NCBI RefSeq assembly: GCF_963921235.1
Contig: NC_086108.1
Span: 76,324,001 to 76,388,000 of the forward strand
Source: Mobula hypostoma
Taxonomy: Eukaryota
Reading direction: 5' to 3'
Length of the DNA: 64,000 nucleotides
The translations under genes were made by a program, and so were the position numbers. The notes below the pieces were generated by a model. That model ran no database searches, was not told where the DNA came from, and saw only the letters and a list, made by a program, of their open reading frames with translations. Numbering within the stretch: position 1 is the first letter of the stretch; each line of letters starts with the position of its first letter. Of the stretch, positions 13,515 through 24,416 are shown in pieces.

Positions 13515-15703
13515 TTACCCCAATTCCACCAACACGTCATCATGGCCACTAGGGGAACAAACCATGTTTATACAAACAGACATGGTACTTCCAAAGCCTC
13601 ACCAGGTCCTCAGCCTGGCCTCTCTGATGTTAATCCTAGCACACTGACCGCTACAGATAAATAGAGGTACTAGTCAAGATGACCATCATTACACAGACCA
13701 ACTGGCAGACGTTCAAAGAGGCTGTCTCAAATGGGGGTAGACACAGACCTCGAGGAATATGCCTCAACAACCATTGACTATGTCAGTAAGTGCGCAGACA
13801 ACGTTGGTACATCAAGAATGGTCATCTTACGGGCCAACCAGAAGTCCTGGCTGTACGCTGAGTTGCACTCCCTACTAAAAGCCTGGGACACTGTCTTCAA
13901 GTCTGGTGACAGAACAGCTCTCACAGCAACCAGGAGAAACCTCAGCTTAAGCATCAGGAGGCCAAAGACCACCTATGCACAATAAATTTAGGAACACCTG
14001 ACAGATAAGGTTCCTCAGCATATGTAGCTGGGCATCAAGGGCATACTGACAACACAAGAAAAAAACAACATCAGCTGTACCAGTGAAGCCTCCCTCCCTG
14101 ATGCTCTAAACAACTCTTATGCATGCTTCAAGGCATGTGACCCAACAAGCTACTCCCCTCCCAGGTGAGCAGCCACTGTCTGCAACAGCAGCAAACGTGA
14201 GCGGAGAAAGACAGTCAACGAGAGAGTCAATCCCCGTAAGGCGGCCAGGCCAGACAACATTCCAGACTGAGTACTCAGGGACTGTGCACACCAGCTCACT
14301 GACGGCTTCATGGGCATTTTCAACAATTCACTCATCCAGACTGCTGTGCCCGCATGCTCAAATCAGCAATAACCATCCCTGTACCAAAGAACTCTACACC
14401 ATAAGAAATAAATTTCTACCGCCCAGTGGCACTGACGCCAATCATCATGAAGTGCTTTGAACGGCTGATACTGGCACACATTGAAACTCCTTTCCTGCCA
14501 CGTTAAACACTCATCAATATGCTTGCCGACAGAACCGCTCTGCGACAGATGCCATAGCATCTATCACGCACCTGGCCCTGACACAACTGGAAAACAAGGA
14601 CACTTCTGTCAGAATGCTGTTTCTGGATTTGAGTTTGGCATTCAACACTACTGTCCCACAAACTCATACTTCTTGGTCTAAATACACCACTGAGTATCTG
14701 AGTGTTGGACTTCCTAACGAACAGACCTCAGATAGTCAGGATGCATAACTGCTCCTCCCTCCCCATCATCCTCAACACAAGTGCCAACACCCAACCTCAA
14801 TAACTATGTTTTGAGCCCACTGCTTACACATGACTGCATGGCCAAACACCTGGGCAATCACATCATCAAATTCGCCGACAACATGGCAGTGGTGGGGCTC
14901 ATCACCAACAATGATGAGATGGCCTACAGAAGTGGAGGAGCTGAGGCCTGGTGTCTGGCAAATAATCTCTTCCTTAATGTCAACAAGACAAAGGAGATGC
15001 TTAGCGACTTCAGGGGAACTCACACCACTCACACCCCACTTTACATCGGCGGCACAGCAGTGGAAATTGCAAGCAGTTTCAAACTCCTGGGAGTGCACAT
15101 CACACACAACCCCTCATGGTCCCAGAACACTTTCACAAGCTCACCAACACCTCTGTTTTCTGAGGAGGCTCAAGACAGCTGGACTTTGCCCATCCATACT
15201 CATGTCATTCTACGGATGTGCAGTGGACAGCATCCTAACAAGCTACATCACTGCAGCAGACAGGGAGGCTCTACAAAGGATAGTCAAGACTTCACAAAGC
15301 ATCATGGACTCCAGCCTACCCACCATCTTGGACATACAGAACTGTACAAAAGTCTTAGGAACATACATATAGCTATGGTACCTAAGACTTTTGCACAGTA
15401 CTGTAGTAATTTTATATCTTGCACTGTACTGCTGCCGCAAAAAAAAATGACGTTTGCTAGCGATGATAAACTTGATTCTGATATTGGTCTACTGCGGACT
15501 GAGAGTGGGAAGAGGACAGAGAGAGGGGAATCATGGTTGGGAAAGGGGGAAGGAGCAGGAAGCCCCAGAGGCACATTCTGTATTTATTTTTATATTTCTA
15601 TTTATTGTGTGCTTTTTAAATTTTATTATTATTATTATTGTGTTCTTTATCTTGTGGGCTGCAATAAATCTGGAGTAAAAATTATTTTGTTCTCCTTACA
15701 CCT
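13515..15703 (+). mobile_element. Rex1/Babar-type LINE, long degenerate copy (RT pseudogene) interrupted by a Tc1-like composite
   Basis: Fragmented frames NQKSWL..LHSLLKAWDTVFKSGD, VLSPLLTHDCMAKHLGNHIIKFADNMAVVGLITNNDE and HQHLCFLRRLK, with many frameshifts. 3' UTR at 15584-15703 resembles 57805-57895. Confidence 0.88.
15337..15583 (+). mobile_element. Composite Tc1-like non-autonomous element, copy C (right half lost)
   Basis: TA|cagaactgtacaaaagtcttagg...cctaagacttttgcacagtactg|TA (15337-15403), followed by the same LINE tail and purine-rich core as copy A. Confidence 0.75.
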
Positions 15704-15724
15704 TTCTCAGAAAACTTGTTATGA

Positions 15725-15858
15725 TATCCTGATGAAGAGTCTCAGCACAAAACGCCAACTCTTTATTCCTTTCCCTAGATGCTGCCTGACTTACTGAGTT
15801 CCTCTATCATTTTATGTGTTGCTCCGGGTTTCCAGCATCTACAGAATCTCTTGTGTTT
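15725..15858 (+). mobile_element. Penelope-like tail with degenerate hammerhead motif
   Basis: tcctgatgaagagtctcagcacaaaacgccaact...tagatgctgcctgacttactgagttcctc...ttccagcatctacagaat. Confidence 0.7.
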
Positions 15859-16246
15859 ATGATTTGGTGTGATGGGTTGTGCTTATGACCAATAGCTTTG
15901 ATACTTTCAGAAGTAAATTGGATTTGTACCAAAGAAAAATACTTGAGAGAAGAGCTGTTGAGCTGAGGTGAGAAAGGTGCAATGACAGAAGAAACACACA
16001 CTTTATCTATACTGTATATGCTATATACTGTACAGTCATCTACATCTTGAAAATGCCTATTTTACATTTTAGGGTAGCTATGTGATATGAAGCACTCCTC
16101 AGCCTGATCTGACACAGCAAAATGGAGACAGGTATGTAATAGAAGTCTCTAGAGTTTCCAAACAGAGAATTAGGCCTGAGAGGGAGTTTTATAAAAGCAT
16201 GATGACTAAAGACAACTGCGCTGCTCCAAAGACTGCTATATGAGGT

Positions 16247-16461
16247 CATTCTTACCCTCTTCCATTAGGCCTTATAATGAGTCAACCTGTAGTGGGGAAG
16301 TGATGACCCCCTCCTGTTAGAATGTTTTAGGTAACTTATTTTTTATTCTTTCTTACTTCTCTTCTAATATTTGTATATCTGTGCACTTGTAATGCAACAG
16401 TGATATTGTAATTTCCTTTGGGACCAATAAAGTAACTATCTATCTATCTACCTATCTATCT
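16247..16461 (+). mobile_element. Rex1-type LINE 3' tail ending in (TATC)n
   Basis: aatttcctttgggaccaataaagta followed by tatc repeats, analogous to the tail at 30595-30632. Confidence 0.6.
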
Positions 16462-16669
16462 AACCATTCAAATATGGTGAGAAACCATTCTTTAATTTCA
16501 GAAATGCACAGCCCACAAGAATGGTGAAATCTTCAATAATGCTTCCAATACCTTTCTGTTTGCAATTAGGGTTAAAGACCCTATCCAAAATTGGTTGGAA
16601 CTGACTGCATTACAGTTGGGTATACTCCAGAGTGATCTTGCAGCAGGGCTGAACTGAGGCAGCCAATGT

Positions 16670-16935
16670 CTTTTGGATAAAACATTAAATAGAAGCTCCA
16701 GTTACAGTCGCTCCTGGTCATAATAGGAGTGTGGTGGTGTTACCTACTTTGCCCTGGCCAATATCGACTACTCAGTCAATGTCACCATGTAGCTATGATC
16801 ATCTTGTTTTTTCTTGGGAAGTTGCTAATCTCAAGTTGGCTGATTTCCTATATTACAACAGTGATTACACTTTGGAAGTATTCATTAACTATAAATTGCT
16901 TTAGTATGCTCAAAGGTCATGAAAAGTGCAAGTGT
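16670..16935 (+). mobile_element. DeuSINE (SacSINE1/AmnSINE1-like) relic
   Basis: ccctggccaatatc...ttggctgatttcctatattacaacagtgattacacttt...ggtcatgaaaagtgcaagt resembles the Deu domain and tail as I recall them. Confidence 0.6.
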
Positions 16936-17351
16936 TTGAGTATTCTTAAGCAATTAGCAGCTAAAGTAGTAATCCTTTTATTCTGACTCTGGAACATTTT
17001 GCTTTAATTAGTTTACTTAACTTGGCGGAGCTGGGTGAAGAAGAGTTCTCTCATTGCATTCATGGAACACTGCCAACTGACCAACTTCTTGGTCTTTATG
17101 ATCTTTGTGTTGGCATCAGAAGTGGGTAATCCTGGGTCACTCTGCAGGATTGGCAAACTGCTTCTGGGGCTAAAGCCGGTGGCTTCATCAATGACTGTAA
17201 GTATTAAGGCTGAAGGACTAATCTCACATGGTATTAACTGATACTTACAACTTCTTGCACAAACTCACAAAAAACATGGACATTTCATCCTAATTTCTAG
17301 GCATTAGTTTTTGGAAAGAAAATGCAGCCTAATTTCTTGAAATTTTTATGA

Positions 17352-20278
17352 TCATAAGCATAGGAGCAGATTTAGGCCATTTGACCCATTGAGTCTGCTC
17401 CACCATTCTATCGTGGTTGATTTATTATCCCTCTCAACCTCATTCTCCTGCCTTCTCCCCAAAACCCATGACACTCTGACAAACTAAGAACCTACCAATC
17501 TCTGCTTTAAATAGTTATATCTAATATCTCCAGAGCTGTCTGTGGCAATGTATTTCATTGGTTAAAGAAATTCCTCTTCCTCTCTGTTCTAAGTGGGAGC
17601 GCCTCTATTCTCAAACTGTGCTTTCTAGTCATAGATTCCCCTCCTATAGGAAATATTTTCTCCACGTCCACTCTATCTAGGCCTTTCAATATTCAATAGG
17701 TTTCAATGAGATCTTTCCACATACTTCTAAACACCAGTGAGTATAGGCCCAGAGCCACCAAACACACCTGATACATTAACCGTTTATTTCTAGAATCATT
17801 CTTGTGAAACCCCTCTGGAACTTCTCAATGCCAGCACATCTTTGCAGACTTCCTGCTTCCTCAATACCACCTGTCCCTCCACCTATCCTCACATTGTGGC
17901 CACAAAGCCACCAATCCTGTCATCCAAATCATTGATGTATAATGTGAAAAGAAGCAGATCCAACATCAACCCCTATGGAGAACTACTTGTCGCCAGCAGC
18001 CAAACAGAAAAGGCCTCCTTCACTCCCACTCTATGCCTCCTGCCAGCTAGCCAATATCCGATCCATGCAAGTATCTTCCCCACAATACCATGGACTCTTT
18101 ATCTTGTTAAGTAGCCTCACGCGCAGCATCTTGTCAAAAGCCTTCTGAAAATCTAAGTAAAGAACATCCACTGACTCAATCCTGCTGGTTATTCCCCTGA
18201 AAGAATTCTAATAGATCTGTTCAGCACGATTTTCCCTTAAGGAAACCATGATGACTTTGGCCTATTTTATCATTTGTTTCCAAGTACCCTGGAACCTCCT
18301 TCTTATTAATGGATTCCAATGTCTTCCCAACCAGTGAAGTCAGACTAACTAGTCTATAATTTCCCTTCTTCCACCTCCCTCACTTCTTAAAGAGTGGAGA
18401 GACATTTGCAATTTTCCAGTCCTCCAGAACCATTCCACAATCTAGTAATTCTTGAAAGATCACTAATAATGCCTCCACTATCTCCTCAGCTCCCTCTTTC
18501 AGTACCCTGGGGTGTAGTCCATCTGGTCCAGGTGTCTTATCTACCTTCAGACCCTTCAGCTTCTCAAGCACCTTCTGCTTAGTAATAGCACTACACTCAC
18601 TTCTTCCTCCTGACTCTCGAATTTCTGGCATATTGCTGGTGTCTTCCACATTAAATACTAACGTAAAATACTTATTAAGTTTGTCCCCCATTGTTACTAT
18701 CTCTCCAGCTGTTCAATATCCACTCTCACCTCTCCTTTACTTTTTATTTACTCTTAATAAATTTGTGGAATTTGTTACCACAGGCAGCTGGGGAGGCCAG
18801 GTCATCGGGAGTACTTAAGGCAGAGCTTGATCAGTTCTTGATTGGACATGGCATCAAAGGCTACAGGGAGAAGGCTAGGGAGTGGGGCTGAGAAAGGGAA
18901 AAAAGGATCAGCCATGATTGAATGGTGGGGCAGACCCGATGGGCCAAATGGCCTAATTTCTGCCCCTGTCTTATGGTCTTTATGTATCTGAAAAAAATTC
19001 TATCCTCTTTTATATTATTGGTTAGCTTACCTTCTTATTTCATCTCTTCTCTCCTTATAACTTTTTTTAGTTGCCTTCTGTTGGTTTTAAGAGCTTCCCA
19101 ATCCTCTAACTTCCAACTAATCTTTGCTCTATTATATGCCCTCTCCTTTGCTTCTATGCTGTTTTTGACTTCCTTGTCAGCCACAGATGCGTCATCCTCC
19201 CCTTGGAATACTGCTTCCTTTTTGGGAAATGTCTATCTTGTCCCATACGAATTGCTCCCAGAAACTCCAGCAATTGCTGCTCTGCCGTCATCCCTAATGG
19301 TGTCCCCTTCCATTCAAATTTCTCTTCTCTCATGCCTCTGTAATTCCTTTTACTCCACGGTAATGCCAATATATCTGAGTTTAACTTCTCCCTCTTAAAC
19401 TGCAGGATGAACTCTGATCACGTATTATGATCACTGCCTCAAAGGGTTCCTTTAGTTTAAGCTCCCCAATCAAATCCGGTTTATTACACTACACCCAATC
19501 CAGGATCACCTTTTCCCTAGTGGGCTCAACCACAAGCTGTTATAAAAAGCCATCTCCTAGGCATTCCACAAATTCTCTCTCTTGGGATCCAGCACCAACC
19601 TAACTTTCCCAATCTCCCTGCATATTGATATCCTCCCTGACCATCGTAACATTCCCTTTTTTTACAATCCTTTTCTATCTCCCATTGTAATTTGAACCCC
19701 ACATCCTGGCTACTGTTCAGGGGCCTATATATAAATCTAATTAAAGTCTTTTTACCCTTACAGTTTATTAACTCTATCGACAAGTACTCTACATCTTCCA
19801 ATCCTATGTCACCTCTTTCTAAGGATTTGAGTTCTATTATTTTACCAACAGAGCCACACCAACCCCTCTGCCTACCTGCCTGTCCTTTCAATACAGTGTG
19901 TACCCTTGGATATTAAGCTCCCAACTGATCTTCTTTCAGCCACAACTTAGTGATGCCCAAAGCATCATACCTGCCAATTTCTAATCGCACTACAAGCTCG
20001 TCTACCTTATTCCGTATACTGTGTGCATTCAAATATAACACCTTCAGTCCTGTTTCCATCACCCTTTTCGACCTTGCCCCCATGATATACTTCAATTTAT
20101 CCCACTGACAGCAATTCTGCCCTTTCCTCTGCCTGTCCTTCCTCACAGTCTCACTACACACTGCAGTTACTTGTATGGCAACTGCCCCATCACTGTGGTT
20201 CCCGGTCCCCCGCTGAATTAGTTTAAACCCTCCCCAAGAGCTTTAGCAAACCTGCCCACAAGGTTATTGGTGCCCCTT
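17352..20278 (-). mobile_element. CR1 LINE, long degenerate ORF2 (APE endonuclease plus RT remnants)
   Basis: Minus-strand frames LKVLYLNAHSIRNKVDEL...ALGITKLWL (endonuclease start) and LNKYFTLVF...KTPGPDGLHPRVLKE...DWKIANVSPLFKK. CR1 3' UTR at about 17352-17480; internal deletions and frameshifts. Confidence 0.92.
18758..18981 (+). mobile_element. CR1 3' end nested antisense in the older CR1
   Basis: Frame NLWNLLPQAAGEARSSGVLKAELDQFL..GIKGYREKAREWG followed by a 3' UTR ending tcttatggtctt. Confidence 0.88.
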
Positions 20279-21056
20279 AAAAAGTAAGGAGAACAAAAAT
20301 ACACTCAAATTAATGCTGTTTTACTAGGTGAGTATGTATTGATTTACCTTAGCTCTTTAATTTTCTTATATTGTACAGATTAGTTCAATTCTACATCTAA
20401 GAAAATGCTATACTTCTGGACTTCAGTTCCATTCTGGATTTAATTTCAAATGAATATAAAGTTACATGAACTCTTTAAGCAAATGTCATTCCTACTACCT
20501 CCAGGAAAACCATAACTAATTGACAAAGTGCACAGGTTGAAACGTCTTGATATTAGATTTTTCCAATTTAGTGACCTGGGACAACTCATATGGGAGAAAA
20601 GAAGTAAGAACTTAAAAATGAAATTATTTGAATAAGATTCAAAATTATGATAAAAAAAGTCACATGGGTGGTGTGGGAAATACAAGAGAGAGAGAGTGAG
20701 ACAGCATGCACATGCATTCAAATGCAAGTTGGGATCTGAATTTGGAAATGAGGCACATTGTCAGGGAATAGTTTAAATACCATCCGGCATTCTGTAGCCT
20801 CACTTGGAAACACAATTTAACTGGGAACTCAGAAGTAGAAAAAAAAGTCTTATATTAACGCCTATCACATTGATAGTTATTTTTAAAATTAACACGTCAT
20901 TTGAAACAAAAAATGTAAGTTGTCCCTTGTGGACTCAAAGATATTTAATAATAGCTAGCCTTTCAAAAATGTATATGAATTTAAGCTTGTAAATCTCTTT
21001 TGACCCAGCAGAAGGAAACCACAGATATTCCTCCTGGGTCACACCAATTCTCAAAG

Positions 21057-21389
21057 TTTACACTTATACTTTATTGTCGTCAAACAATTGATACTAGAAC
21101 GTACAATCATCACAGCGATATTTGATTCTGCGCTTCCCACTCCCTTGATCACAAATATTAAATATTAAAAATATTTTTAAATAGTAAAAATTAGTAAATA
21201 TTAAAAATTTAAATTATAAATCATAATTATAAAAATGGAAAGTAAGGTAGTGCAAAAAAACTGAGAGGCAGGTCCGGATATTTGGAGGGTACAGCCCAGA
21301 TCCAGGTCAGGATCCGTTCAGCAGTCTTACCACAGTTGGAAAGAAGCTGTTCCCAAATCTGGCTCTACGAGTCTTCAAGCTCCTGAGCT
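21057..21389 (-). mobile_element. Rex1-type LINE 3' end
   Basis: Reverse complement reads LRSLKTRRARFGNSFFPTVVRLLN, then an AT-rich UTR and caataaagtataagt. Confidence 0.72.
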
Positions 21390-23863
21390 TGATACACATT
21401 CATACACAACTGGAATAAAATTCATTTGCAAATGATCTTAAGCTACTTTGCTTTCACAAGGAAGTAGTTTTAAAAATGAATAAATTTTATATGATTCAGG
21501 CATGCAATCTCAGTTGGGTAATTTGGGAGAAAGCAATAGGTGAAAAGCACTTCACCTCTGTTCAAATGGGAATAAATTGGAATGAGTTTCTTGATTTGTT
21601 CTTCTGTCATTTCCTGTGACTTCCTAATGAGTAGAAGGGGTGTGATAAAGTGGCACTTAAAATGGAATAAAAACTGAGTTCCTATGTGGCTGAAGAAAAA
21701 TTAAAGTGTTCTAAATAAATATGACTCTTAATGTAACTTTCTCCCTTCAGTAAATCTAATGTAAATGCATCTGTTCAATATTCCTTAAGTGATGGACTCT
21801 TCCAATCAAAATTTTAGGGTTCAAACAGATAAGTATAGAAATATGATAATGAATGATGCTAGGAATACATTTTCAGGACATCATTCTTTGATATTATGAA
21901 TACTTTAATGGAGGGCTTAATTCCTATATTACATAAAAGAATACTAGCAAAAATTATGATCAATTCACAATAGGCTAGCCATTATAACTATTTATTCAGA
22001 GAGATATTCATTGTCAGACTAAAGAGTGAACTTTCTCTATAGACTAAAAGTGATCTTGCATCACCATCCACAAAATCAAGATCTGTCATTACATCAGTTT
22101 TTTGCTTGTCAAGTGTGCTGAGGTCAGATTAAACAATAAGTTTGACCCTGGTGGTGCCTTACAATTATTTTCCTTCAAGTTTCAGTTTTGCAACCACATT
22201 CACCCCTGTAACCCAGAGATTTTTGATTTCCTGGTAACGGCCCTAAAAACCATGGGAATAATAATATCAGATCACCAGACAAAATTGTTTCTGATAGGAA
22301 TCATGACCACTCTTTACATACCACTCTAACAGGTTGTCTGTCCTTGTAAAGATCAAATGAATTGATAAAATTAACAGATTTGTAAATAATGCCTCAGAAT
22401 ATCAATAAATCTGGTCAAACTAAAATTGATTTTTAGTAGCATTGCCAATATGTATCATTCTTTAAAGTATTTGTAAAACTAAGGTTTGAACTGATTACAC
22501 AGTTTATCAAATTCACAGAAATCTATTTTTTAAAATCAATTGTTTACAGAGATTCCTTATGAATTATACTTTTCACTCAAGACACTCATCCTTAGATATT
22601 AAACAGTAGGTAACAGTATTATAAAAATTCAGTATGCAAAAGCATTTAAATAGTTCTTACCTACAGTACATTAATCTTGAAGTACTGTTTTAAGACTTAT
22701 AATAACCAGGCAGGGAGATCTTAGACCAATAAAAGTGGCTGTCAAATGACCTTTTTTCTGCTCTGCAGACCATGGATGAATTGAATGCTTAAATAAATGA
22801 ATGGACAGATTAAAAGACAAATGAATCAGCCAAGAAACAATAAAAAGGTCCCTGGTATCTTTTAGACAACTAAAACTAACTGCTCTTTAAGAAAAGCACC
22901 ATCTCATTGAGCTGGTCTAAGTAGGCTATATATCAACATCTACACAGTACCTCCCTTTAAAAAAGGGACATAACGGGCTTTCTTGTAGCATACATTTAAG
23001 CAACTATTGAAATAATTCATATCTATTAAAACTCATTTTTAAATCAGAATCCAATTCTGGATAATTGCAACCTTTGGTGATCATGTCCAGAAAATCATGT
23101 GCCATAGTTTCAACAACATTGACAGCCTTACAGATGCTGTCAATTGTACAAGCTCCAAAGCCAAGATTCATTACTTTATAACACATCTATACAAGTTTAA
23201 TATTTTGTGTATTTATTTAGCAACCATGAACTTGAACAGTCAGATTTCTACCAGCTTTCAGTGCCTCAGTATATTTAAAACAAATTCACATCATTGGATT
23301 TAATTTTTTATTGGTCTCAAATCCCTGATTTACTATTACAAAAATCTTAAAAAGCACTTTAGTATTATTGTACTATAGTTTAGGACCATGTAAAGGCTTT
23401 TGTATTTTAAAATGTCTTTAAAATATTCTAACTACTTTGCAATATCTATGGTTAAATGTTGTAAGTAAAAAGTAAAATGGAACATTCTAAAGAATAATAC
23501 CCATTCATTATGCTGATGCAATTCCTAAAGATCGCTTCAGTTTAACCGCATAATTGTATTTTAACAAACACCTATACAAGAATGGAGAACATGCTGGAGA
23601 AATACAAAGTATGACCCATAGTTCCAAACAAGAATAGCACTTATTAGTGACTTGGTGGTATGAGTCTGTATTTCGCTAAGTACATTTTGGAAAACTGTGT
23701 CTGGTTTCTGTGGGATAGGATGGGGAGGACTGTGATGTGTGTGGATGCACAGCTGAAATTTAAAAGGTATAATCCTTCTTCAAATTAGCTATTAGATATT
23801 CACATACAATCATCTTGTATGATTTCATGCAGGCCACTTTGAACTTAGGCATATATGTATATA

Positions 23864-24416
23864 CAGTACTGTGCAAAGGTCTTGGGAGCATATACTGTAT
23901 ATAGCAAGGGTGCTCAAAACTTTTGCACAGTACTGTATTTGTCAACGTGGAGCAGACATCGAGTTTGTAAATCTGGCGGGAACAAAGGATGCTGGAAATG
24001 GCAAGGCTGGAGCGTGGCGGGAGGGGTGTGAGACGAGTGGCAGAAAGGACTGCCAAGGGCAGGGGATGGCGCGGGTGCAGACACACCCAGCCCTAAGTCA
24101 CCAGGCAAGGTCATTTGATTCCAAACAATTGGCTTATTAATCATTACCCAATGTCTCTTTGGTGCTTTCCACTCTCACCCCTCTCCCTTCCCCTTTTCCC
24201 AACCATGATTCCCTTCTCCCTGTCCCCTTCCCATTCTCAGTCCACAGTAGAGACCCATTTCAGGATCAGATTTAGCATCACTCACATATGTCAAGAAATT
24301 CATTTCTTTTGTGACAGCAGTACAGTGCAATACATAAATTTACTACAGTTCTGTTGAAAAGATTTAGGCACCCAGGCCATATATACTGTATGTGCCTAAG
24401 ACTTTTGCACAGTCAT
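23864..24416 (-). mobile_element. Composite Tc1-like non-autonomous element, copy B (most complete)
   Basis: Hairpin 23864-23935 (TA|cagtactgtgcaaagg...cttttgcacagtactg|TA) and hairpin 24346-24416 flank a core that is the reverse complement of the copy A core. Confidence 0.8.

Noticed and set aside
15728..15760. Functional hammerhead ribozyme
   Set aside because: CUGAUGA is present, but stem II is disrupted, GAAA is lost and the triplet is GCC. It is a relic only.
14781..15797. 338-aa ORF as a host gene
   Set aside because: It reads through Rex1 RT, the Tc1-like composite, a 3' UTR and a Penelope tail, so it is a patchwork of repeats.
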